Shown here: piece after piece, positions 38,318 to 44,982 of the stretch | Layout of the letters: every line of letters starts with the position of its first letter | Numbering within the stretch: position 1 is the first letter of the stretch | Virus record (IMG/VR): IMGVR_UViG_3300032315_001715 | Location: 372,001-436,000 of that record | Length of the DNA: 64,000 nt | Strand: one strand, 5' to 3' | Notes under the pieces: generated by a model | Told to the model about the DNA's origin: nothing | What the model saw: the letters and a program-made list of their open reading frames with translations, nothing else | The model's database searches: none | Position numbers and translations under genes: made by a program

Positions 38318-38397
38318 TGGAGGACCACCAGGGAATCGAACCCTGCTTGTTGCTGCTTCCGCGGTGGGTTTTAGCGCAACAAGAGCCATCGTGGCCC
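38318..38397 (-). ncRNA. D-armless tRNA-like RNA
   Basis: Acceptor, T arm and CCA; CTTGTTGC/GCAACAAG stem with 22-nt loop. Confidence 0.7.
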
Positions 38398-38451
38398 GTA
38401 AATTTGGTATAAATAGATTAAATAGTTTTTTAAGCAACAGGAGAATGTCGC

Positions 38452-39081
38452 ATGTCTTATGAAATTTTCATTAAAAGTCAGTCATACACTCGACAATCAC
38501 CTAATCTTTCTAAGCTTGGGTTTGATTTTGTAAACCATGATAGCAAAGCTGAATATCAAAAAATTCAGAACCTTCTTAGCACTGAATATTTAATTCTTGG
38601 CGAAAGTATGATAACCTTGCAAGAAAAATACAGCATCCCAAGTTCACGGACCTTACATGATTTGTTCAAACTATTTGATATTGAAGCACGATCATTTAGT
38701 AATGCTAATAGGTTAGCATTGACAACGGAGCGATCCACAATGCCGTGTTGTTACAAATACAAGACAGGATGGCATACAACTTGGGATCAAAAACAAGTCT
38801 TCTTGCGAAGTTCGTATGAATTTGATTATGCGAAAATTCTCGATGAGTCAAAAATACCGTATGAGGTGGAAGCACTTCGAATCAAATACTATTCCTCAAC
38901 CGAGGAGAAATATCGTATAGCTATACCCGATTTTTTACTACCTTGCAGTCATACCATAGTTGAGATCAAATCTCAATTTACCTACGATAGTCAACAAATG
39001 AAAGACAAGTTCTGTGCATATCAAGCACTCGGATATAAAGCGATTTTGATTCTAGAGGGCAAAGAAACCTCTCTAGAATGA
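38452..39081 (+). CDS. PD-(D/E)xK endonuclease (TnsA-N-like)
   Basis: LRSSYE, YEVE, IPDF...IVEIKS. Confidence 0.85.
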   Translation: MSYEIFIKSQSYTRQSPNLSKLGFDFVNHDSKAEYQKIQNLLSTEYLILGESMITLQEKYSIPSSRTLHDLFKLFDIEARSFSNANRLALTTERSTMPCCYKYKTGWHTTWDQKQVFLRSSYEFDYAKILDESKIPYEVEALRIKYYSSTEEKYRIAIPDFLLPCSHTIVEIKSQFTYDSQQMKDKFCAYQALGYKAILILEGKETSLE

Positions 39082-39084
39082 AGT

Positions 39085-39218
39085 TGGAGGACCCCGGTGG
39101 TAACGATCCACTTGCGGGCGGGTTAATCTTGGCATAGAGGACTTGCACCTCATGTGACCTGGTTGTCATCTGCCTAAAGTCCGCTGCCGGCACCTGCCTG
39201 GCTATACGCTCGGGGTCC
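39085..39218 (-). tRNA. tRNA-Lys(TTT)-like with ~50-nt anticodon-loop insert (39126-39175)
   Basis: GGACCCCG/CGGGGTCC acceptor; removing the insert gives GCGGA-CT-TTT-AA-CCCGC. Confidence 0.72.
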
Positions 39219-39267
39219 TTGTTATCTATTGTTTAATGGGATTTCCTTGGTAATGCAAGGAAAAACT

Positions 39268-39340
39268 TGGAGGACCGTGTGGGAATCAAACCTTCCCGGC
39301 CGGATTAAGAGCCCAGCTGAGCCTCAGGCTGCAATGGTCC
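39268..39340 (-). tRNA. tRNA-Lys(CTT), minimal D arm
   Basis: loop CT-CTT-AA. Confidence 0.65.
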
Positions 39341-39437
39341 ATCTAACTCTCGGAAGAGCCGCACGCTCTCCATTCCCGTGTCGCCCAGGGACCCTTATCG
39401 GACCCTTCTGGTGCGGTTAGGCAACGCGGGGTATTCT

Positions 39438-39514
39438 TGGTAGCCCCACCGGGATTTGAACCCGGATTTCCCGCTTGAGAGGCGAGTGTTCTAGACCGCT
39501 TAAACTATGGGGCC
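39438..39514 (-). tRNA. tRNA-Glu(CTC)
   Basis: loop CT-CTC-AA. Confidence 0.9.
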
Positions 39515-39562
39515 GTATGGTTGGTTCACAAACTACCGTGCTTGTGAATGTGTTTGATCTGT

Positions 39563-40150
39563 TTAACGAGGAGCAAACGGATCTATTATCACCGGGCAAT
39601 CGCCTCGTTGCATGATGTTTTCATCATGTAGATCAAAATCAATTGCTGAATTGGTACTAACAACATTAGCCAGTAGCTCGATTGCATGTAAGAAATCCGG
39701 CCATTTTTTAATGAAATGCTCGATGTGAGATTTGAGTTTCTCGTCAGTCATGTTGCTGAGATAGTCTCGCCATTTAGGCTCGTCGATGTATCTCAAAAAC
39801 CAATCAGTTGCTATATGATCAGGGTCGGTTCGAACATATTCCCAGGGTGACAGCATTTCTAATCTCAATGCACGGATACCTGGGACCAAAGTAACCGGTA
39901 ATCCTCTAAACTTTGGAAAATGTGGATTATCCTGATGTTTTCGGGCTAGTTCGACAAATTTAGCGTAACCTATATCTGCCTCGTCGTACAGCTTTAGAAC
40001 ATAATTCAAGTTCGGATGTTGCCAAACACTGCCAAATGTGCCGTCTCCCAGCATTTCGAATCCATGCTTGAGAAGCTTTTTCTTCGCGCTGTCTGTGTTT
40101 GTGATGTCTTGTCGCAGGCTATCTGCGCCCACAAGTTCATTGAGTTTCAT
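39563..40150 (-). CDS. protein-kinase-like protein
   Basis: LGDGTFGSVW, VLK, DLHDENIM, IIDP. Confidence 0.85.
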   Translation of the reverse strand: MKLNELVGADSLRQDITNTDSAKKKLLKHGFEMLGDGTFGSVWQHPNLNYVLKLYDEADIGYAKFVELARKHQDNPHFPKFRGLPVTLVPGIRALRLEMLSPWEYVRTDPDHIATDWFLRYIDEPKWRDYLSNMTDEKLKSHIEHFIKKWPDFLHAIELLANVVSTNSAIDFDLHDENIMQRGDCPVIIDPFAPR

Positions 40151-40162
40151 GATGCTATTTAT

Positions 40163-40237
40163 TGGTCAGCGTGGGGAATTTTGCGATCCCGGCCTCCAGG
40201 CTCCCGACCTGGCACTCTTCTCCTGAGCTACACGCTG
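40163..40237 (-). tRNA. tRNA-Pro(GGG)
   Basis: C1-G72, loop TC-GGG-AG. Confidence 0.8.
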
Positions 40238-40244
40238 TTGTAAA

Positions 40245-40319
40245 TGGTCAGGGAGGGGAATTTCGAAATCCCGGCTTCCAGGTTCCAGGCCTGGCACTCT
40301 GCCTCTGAGCTACTCCCTG
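40245..40319 (-). tRNA. tRNA-Pro(TGG)
   Basis: C1-G72, loop CC-TGG-AA. Confidence 0.82.
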
Positions 40320-40326
40320 ATGTTGT

Positions 40327-40403
40327 TAGATGCGGAGGATGGATTCGCACCATCGACCTCTTGGTTATGAGCCAAGCGAGCTACTAGACTGCTCCACTCC
40401 GCA
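40327..40403 (-). tRNA. tRNA-Met(CAT), initiator-like body, no encoded CCA
   Basis: GTGGAGCAG...GTAGCTCG D arm, loop CT-CAT-AA. Confidence 0.8.
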
Positions 40404-40410
40404 ATAAACT

Positions 40411-40487
40411 TGGCGATCCTAGAGGGATTCGAACCCCCATTCTCCGGTTTCGTAGACCAGCGCTCTATCCAGTTGAGCCATAGGATC
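40411..40487 (-). tRNA. tRNA-Arg(ACG)
   Basis: loop CT-ACG-AA. Confidence 0.93.
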
Positions 40488-40494
40488 AAATAAT

Positions 40495-40571
40495 TGGTGG
40501 ACGCGTCTGGATTCGAACCAGATGGGGTAGCGAACCCCGTCGCCATAGCTTGATACCTACCAAGGAAGCCC
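40495..40571 (-). ncRNA. Ala/tmRNA-like element
   Basis: T arm plus TCCACCA, 5' GGG, no canonical D or anticodon arm. Confidence 0.5.
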
Positions 40572-40575
40572 ATAT

Positions 40576-40721
40576 TGGTGGACCCGACGGGAATCGAACC
40601 CGCCTGCATCACGCCCGTGATTGGCTTAGCGTTTTACCCCATGTCCACACCATGTTGTGCGTGGTACTCGATCTCCCAACAGCTTTGAACTGAGAGATTG
40701 GAAGCATGGGCAACGCTAACC
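40576..40721 (-). ncRNA. structured RNA ending in an Ala/tmRNA-like T arm and CCA
   Basis: GCGGG-TTCGATT-CCCGT, GGGTCCACCA; upstream TTAGCGTT/AACGCTAA stem. Confidence 0.55.
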
Positions 40722-40798
40722 TGGCGATCCTGGAGAGATTCGAACTCCCAACCTGCGGCTTCGAAGGCCGACACTCTGTCCAGTTGAGCTACAGGACC
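40722..40798 (-). tRNA. tRNA-Arg(TCG)
   Basis: loop CT-TCG-AA. Confidence 0.9.
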
Positions 40799-40803
40799 AA
40801 TAT

Positions 40804-40879
40804 TGGCGCACATGACGGGAATTGAACCCGCCTAAACCTGTTAGACAGACAGGTGTTCTCACCAGAGAACTACATGTGC
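40804..40879 (-). tRNA. tRNA-Asp(GTC)
   Basis: loop CT-GTC-TA, G73. Confidence 0.88.
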
Positions 40880-40886
40880 ATATCAG

Positions 40887-40962
40887 TGGTGCCGGCGGTT
40901 GGTTCCGCCCCAACTCCTCCTGCTCTTCAGGCAGGCGCTTCTACTAAGTTAGCTTCACCGGC
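40887..40962 (-). tRNA. tRNA-Phe(GAA)
   Basis: loop CT-GAA-GA, atypical T-loop. Confidence 0.85.
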
Positions 40963-40967
40963 AAAAA

Positions 40968-41039
40968 TGGAAGCGGGAGAATGAGTCGAACATTCGTAGG
41001 AAAGTTTATGAGACTTTCTGGACACCGTGTCTTCCCGCT
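40968..41039 (-). tRNA. tRNA(CAT), minimal D arm
   Basis: AAAGT-CT-CAT-AA-ACTTT. Confidence 0.7.
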
Positions 41040-41046
41040 GTAAACT

Positions 41047-41137
41047 TGGTGTGTAAGGTGGGATTCGAACCCTTCGCCCAGCGCGCGTTTTACAGCATCA
41101 GGGTTACTGCCATCCAGCTGCTGCTGGAGCCTCACAC
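41047..41137 (-). ncRNA. tRNA-like RNA (Tyr-like, unpaired anticodon arm)
   Basis: Acceptor, TTCGAAT loop and ACCA; contains CTGTAAA. Confidence 0.55.
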
Positions 41138-41149
41138 ATAAAACTAAAT

Positions 41150-41248
41150 TGGCTCTTTGTGATGGGTGCTGCCCCCACGTTGTCTGGGCCCTTGCATGGG
41201 ACCTCTCCATACCTACCGGGTCGCGAACGCCAGCGATACACACAAAGA
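41150..41248 (-). ncRNA. tRNA-like RNA with branched central domain
   Basis: TCTTTGTG/CACAAAGA acceptor plus GCCA. Confidence 0.6.
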
Positions 41249-41255
41249 TCAAAAC

Positions 41256-41329
41256 TGGTACCGGCTGCAGGTAACGCTCCTGCCTCGAACATCGTTATGA
41301 GCAATGTCGGGTCGCTTGACCAAACCGGC
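41256..41329 (-). tRNA. tRNA(CAT), minimal D arm
   Basis: loop CT-CAT-AA. Confidence 0.72.
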
Positions 41330-41470
41330 TTAGCAACAACGTGGCCCAACAGAACTACACCGTCTGGGGGTGCCTCTTGGAGGACTCTATGTCCTTGCAT
41401 TTTTTGCCATGTCATGCCAGCGTTCTGCGCCTTATCGTTGCCGCTGCGTATGCATGCTCTATGGCTTATT

Positions 41471-41546
41471 TGGGGTGACCGACGGGTACTGCCCCCGCTT
41501 GGATGGTTTCACAGACCACCGTCCATACTTACTGACTCCGGCCACC
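41471..41546 (-). tRNA. tRNA-His(GTG) with encoded G-1:C73
   Basis: loop CT-GTG-AA. Confidence 0.88.
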
Positions 41547-41688
41547 ATGTTAATGTACCCTGCCCGGGCTGTACCCAACAATAGGTGGGGCCTTGGCTTC
41601 TCGGTGCTAGGGTTATTTGTTTTCCTTGACCACGCTGGCCATTGGCCTTTCCCTACTTTTGTCATATCGGTAGTGGTTCTAAGGAACT

Positions 41689-41762
41689 TGGTTGGCCTGG
41701 ATGGGATTGAACCATCATCGGTCGATTATCGGTCGACTGCTCTACCATTGAGCTACAAGCCA
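41689..41762 (-). tRNA. tRNA-Ile(GAT)
   Basis: loop CC-GAT-AA. Confidence 0.88.
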
Positions 41763-41766
41763 GCAT

Positions 41767-41838
41767 TGGTTACGATTGGCGCTCACCGACCTAACCCGGG
41801 TTCACAGCCCAGCGAAGCGATGCGGCACTCTAATCGCA
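41767..41838 (-). tRNA. atypical tRNA-His(GTG)-like, A73, no G-1
   Basis: CTGGG-CT-GTG-AA-CCCGG; weak D and T arms. Confidence 0.45.
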
Positions 41839-41841
41839 TAT

Positions 41842-41929
41842 TGGCAGAAGTGACAGGGTTCGAACCTGCTCAGGCGTTAGCTCACTGGTTTTGGAGACCA
41901 GCCCGTCTCTCCATCTACGGCGCACTTCC
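41842..41929 (-). tRNA. tRNA-Trp(CCA) with long variable region
   Basis: loop CT-CCA-AA, G73. Confidence 0.85.
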
Positions 41930-41937
41930 ATAAAACT

Positions 41938-42009
41938 TGGTGGGATGCGGTGGAGTTTAACCACCCTCGACACTGCTACCAGTGCTCAGCCACCCGGCTG
42001 TTCCATCCC
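41938..42009 (-). ncRNA. tRNA-like RNA with GTAG tetraloop in place of an anticodon loop
   Basis: GCACTG-GTAG-CAGTGT; acceptor plus ACCA. Confidence 0.6.
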
Positions 42010-42015
42010 ATAAAC

Positions 42016-42106
42016 TGGTGGAGGGCTTTGGAGTCGAACCAAACAATGTGTTTTGCCGTAAACATTCATGGCTGGATGATGCCCGCACCACGCGAGCAAG
42101 CCCTCC
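42016..42106 (-). ncRNA. Tyr-like tRNA body with non-canonical anticodon arm
   Basis: GGAGGGC/GCCCTCC, perfect T arm, TCAT-CCAGCC-ATGA. Confidence 0.65.
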
Positions 42107-42112
42107 GTAAAT

Positions 42113-42188
42113 TGGTGGAGCATGTCGGTTCTGCCCCGACTACCTCCGCATTGCAAATGCGGCGCTCTCCTGATTGAGCTAATGCCCC
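42113..42188 (-). tRNA. tRNA-Ala(TGC)
   Basis: G3-U70, loop TT-TGC-AA. Confidence 0.88.
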
Positions 42189-42196
42189 AGTTAACC

Positions 42197-42294
42197 TGGC
42201 ACCGGATCATGGATTCGAACCATGCAAGCGACTGTCCGTACTTCATCTGAGTCGCGCGCTTTTTGGATTGGGTTCACCAGCTCCCTCATCCGGT
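42197..42294 (-). ncRNA. tRNA-like RNA with enlarged anticodon domain
   Basis: ACCGGAT/ATCCGGT, CATGG-TTCGAAT-CCATG, GCGACT/AGTCGC with 16-nt loop. Confidence 0.65.
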
Positions 42295-42303
42295 ATGTTA
42301 TTT

Positions 42304-42399
42304 TGGTGCATCGCCCGATGTCCGACTCGGCTCTTCCAACAACACCTTGCCTAGGCAACGTCGTTGGACGTTTTATCCGCTACTAAACTAGCCCGATGC
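42304..42399 (-). ncRNA. tRNA-like RNA with extended (~14 bp) anticodon stem
   Basis: TCCAACGACGTTGC-CTAG-GCAAGGTGTTGTTGGA. Confidence 0.65.
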
Positions 42400-42412
42400 A
42401 TATACAATATAT

Positions 42413-42497
42413 TGGTGGGAGTGGTAGGATTCGAACCTACTCACCCAAAGGAACGGATTTACAGTCCGCCGCCGCTCTCCAACTCAGCCGCACTCCC
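42413..42497 (-). tRNA. tRNA-Tyr(GTA), first tRNA of the array
   Basis: loop CT-GTA-AA, A73. Confidence 0.93.
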
Positions 42498-42734
42498 ATG
42501 AAACCATCTGCGAAACAGCGCAACACGCTGCTTGGCGGATGGTTCCTAACTCGGGGGTGTTGCGCTTACATAACGCAACACCCCGTCATTTCTTCTTACA
42601 TGCCGGGACCTAAGTGGATGCTTGGCCCAGTTGCGCCGTGGTTCCTGTGCCGCGATGCGGACAGTCAGCACGAAACTCCTGGAGTTCCAAACGATCCGCA
42701 TGGTTTCCCAGCAACTTATCGTTTCCTGATTCGA

Positions 42735-42747
42735 TTTTTAAACAGCA
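42735..42747 (-). promoter_or_regulatory. boxA-like antitermination site
   Basis: TGCTGTTTAAAAA versus rrn boxA TGCTCTTTAACAA. Confidence 0.55.
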
Positions 42748-42763
42748 CAACTTTGAAAACAAT

Positions 42764-42794
42764 AAAAAACCCCGGTAAGCTGTTGCTTCCGGGG
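42764..42794 (-). terminator. attenuator terminator
   Basis: CCCCGGAAGC-AACA-GCTTACCGGGG-TTTTTT. Confidence 0.9.
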
Positions 42795-42840
42795 CCTGTC
42801 CACTTGTTTTGATCCAATGATCAATCTAGGTGGCAGACCC
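42792..42840 (-). promoter_or_regulatory. antiterminator hairpin
   Basis: GGGTCTGCCAC (last leader codons) pairs with GTGGACAGGCCC, which overlaps the terminator 5' arm; inner TTGATC/GATCAA hairpin. Confidence 0.8.
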
Positions 42841-42903
42841 TCGTGTATCAGGCTTTTGGGCCCAATGGCTAAACAGTTCGACGCGATAATTCATTGTAAT
42901 CAT
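42826..42903 (-). CDS. attenuator leader peptide MITMNYRVELFSHWAQKPDTRGSAT
   Basis: 25 codons, 19 different amino acids, stop at the edge of the antiterminator 5' strand. Confidence 0.85.
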   Translation of the reverse strand: MITMNYRVELFSHWAQKPDTRGSAT

Positions 42904-42939
42904 TGTTGAAGAGAAAATCCTTTTTGTCTCGTGCAGTTA

Positions 42940-42967
42940 TTTATACACGCTTTATTTAGCGTGTCAA
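42940..42967 (-). promoter_or_regulatory. promoter of the leader/tRNA array
   Basis: TTGACA-N16-TATAAA, overlapping a TATAAATA late-type box. Confidence 0.75.
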
Positions 42968-43092
42968 CCACTTTCTGCCGTTGAATTGGTATTATTTCAA
43001 CCTTTTCCGTGCAAAGCGTGATCAACTCCGCCGTGCCATGTGTTTACAACGGTATGGCAAAGCTGTCAACCGTGTTTTTTGGCGTTTGATCG

Positions 43093-43296
43093 TTAGCAAC
43101 GATAGTAGCAGCGTCCACCGTAATATGGACGTGGTGCATAATAGGACCGAGGTGCGTAATAGGGCCGAGGTGCCACATAAACTGGCGGCCTATGGACGAT
43201 CACCGGTGCAGGCGCCACATAGTACGGATCGGCCGGATAAACCGCACATCCGGGGAGGGCAACGATCAAGCATGCTGCTAACAGGAACTTTTTCAT
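43093..43296 (-). CDS. small Pro/Tyr-rich lipoprotein
   Basis: Lipobox LPGC, YYAPR repeats. Confidence 0.7.
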   Translation of the reverse strand: MKKFLLAACLIVALPGCAVYPADPYYVAPAPVIVHRPPVYVAPRPYYAPRSYYAPRPYYGGRCYYRC

Positions 43297-43304
43297 GCAA
43301 TTAT

Positions 43305-43574
43305 TTACCGACACACGCGATACGATACATATTGTTTCAGATAGTGGTCGTATCTGTTTTCCCAATAGCACGTTGGACGATACCGATGTGGTTCATAATG
43401 GTATCTCGGCGGGGCATAATATCGCGGAGGCTCGTGATATCTATGTTGATAGTGGTGATGATGGGGACGATCGTATCGCCGACGGTGATCATGATATTGG
43501 GCAGCGGCATCCGCCGTTCCCAATCCTAGAGTGATCACCGTTGCTGTGATCAGCAGCTTGCCCAAACGGTTCAT
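43305..43574 (-). CDS. small secreted His/Tyr/Arg-rich protein
   Basis: Signal peptide, C-terminal CYW...RVCR. Confidence 0.7.
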   Translation of the reverse strand: MNRLGKLLITATVITLGLGTADAAAQYHDHRRRYDRPHHHHYQHRYHEPPRYYAPPRYHYEPHRYRPTCYWENRYDHYLKQYVSYRVCR

Positions 43575-43616
43575 GCCGTGCCCTTTCCGTGCGATCCTCA
43601 GACCGCAATACTTATA

Positions 43617-44156
43617 TTATAGCATCGTCGACGGATTGGTCAAGCCGATTTCTTGCAATATTCGTGTCACGGCCCATTCACCGCCGACGACGGTCTTGAA
43701 CGGTATGTCACGTGCGTCCAACAGGGCTGCGACCTTTTGATCATAGATCTCGGCTGCTTCTAGATCCTTTTGATTTCGCCCAATGGGATTGTACTCAAAA
43801 TTCCGCTGCAAGAGGAAGTTATGATTTTCAAAGGAGTCAAACACCTCCATGACGAGATCACGAAAGTTGTTGCTCAGGGAGCCTTCCCTGAGATATACCA
43901 ATCCAAGTGCAATTGGGCTATCGGTAATGACCCAGTCTATGCGGTGATCGCGAAGCCTGGAAATCCGGCGTTGCTGCTTGGCAAAGATATAGATCTGATC
44001 CTCGAGGATGTTGTGCCGACCTTCCCATACCATGTCCTTGGCGTATTCGGTAACCAGCTCAACTTCCAGCCGCATTTTTTTCATTTCATAGAACAAACCA
44101 GCCGCCGTGGTGCTCTTACCAGCGCCGGGACCGCCGAACAAATTGATTACCTGCAT
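43617..44156 (-). CDS. AAA_28/NadR-like P-loop kinase
   Basis: INLFGGPGAGKST, EYAKD, ITDSP. Confidence 0.88.
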   Translation of the reverse strand: MQVINLFGGPGAGKSTTAAGLFYEMKKMRLEVELVTEYAKDMVWEGRHNILEDQIYIFAKQQRRISRLRDHRIDWVITDSPIALGLVYLREGSLSNNFRDLVMEVFDSFENHNFLLQRNFEYNPIGRNQKDLEAAEIYDQKVAALLDARDIPFKTVVGGEWAVTRILQEIGLTNPSTML

Positions 44157-44181
44157 GGTATTCTCCCCTGAGAATTGTGTT

Positions 44182-44982
44182 TTACAAGCGGCGTTCAAGC
44201 TCTGCCGCAACACTAGCGGCTAGATCAGCGTCATACCCATCCTTGTCCTCGTTGAGGGCATCCATGTTCTCCATGGCCCACATGTAGTAATCCGTTTCAA
44301 TTTCGGACAACAGCTTGCCACGATTCTTGCCAAATGGCCATGTTACCACGATCAACGGTTTCCAACACAAGGCATGTATCTGCTCACCTAGATCCGGGCC
44401 CTCGGTAACCTGGTTGGTAGCAAGGGCGTAGTCAACCAGGAACTCAAAAAGCAAGGCACATGTTATGGTATCGGCTCCCGCCCTGTGGGCACCTAGCTCG
44501 TCGGGAACCGGCAGATCAAGCTTGTAGCGAAGATAGCTGAGATTATATTGTAAATCAGGGAAATCAACGTTGAGAAGCTGCTTGCTTAGCCGGTGCGTGC
44601 AAATCCACTTGGATCTGTCAGCGGCAATCTCAGCATCCTCGATTGAACCTGCGTTGGCCCATGCATACATCAGCACGTCTTGATCGTACTTGCAGTTGTG
44701 GGCTACCAAATATGGTTGCGTCCACCCGAGGATATGCTTGGCCTGATCTGGTGCATCGAGCATGGTTGGCAAACCCTCGATCATTCGATTGCTGATGTGA
44801 TTCTTGGCGGATGCTTCCGGAGGTATGCCGTTTTCGGCGCCGAACAACATGTCAGAAACCTGCCATCTCTGCCCGTCGTAGCGAGCCCCGGCGATTTCAA
44901 CTATTTCTGCTTGTGCTGGGTGTAGATTTGTGGTTTCGGTATCAAGCACCGATACGGTGCTGAGAAATGTGTCTCTGTTCAT
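44182..44982 (-). CDS. DEDDh 3'-5' exonuclease (ExoX-like)
   Basis: VLDTETT, VAHNCKYD, AHRAGAD, PFGKNRG. Confidence 0.92.
   Translation of the reverse strand: MNRDTFLSTVSVLDTETTNLHPAQAEIVEIAGARYDGQRWQVSDMLFGAENGIPPEASAKNHISNRMIEGLPTMLDAPDQAKHILGWTQPYLVAHNCKYDQDVLMYAWANAGSIEDAEIAADRSKWICTHRLSKQLLNVDFPDLQYNLSYLRYKLDLPVPDELGAHRAGADTITCALLFEFLVDYALATNQVTEGPDLGEQIHALCWKPLIVVTWPFGKNRGKLLSEIETDYYMWAMENMDALNEDKDGYDADLAASVAAELERRL

Noticed and set aside
41340-41465. Possible tmRNA tag (GGC AAC GAT AAG...)
   Set aside because: The frame does not end in an Ala-Ala-stop and has no flanking TLD.
40310-42812. Many 60-190 aa ORFs over the tRNA block
   Set aside because: They overlap tRNA genes and lack coding features.
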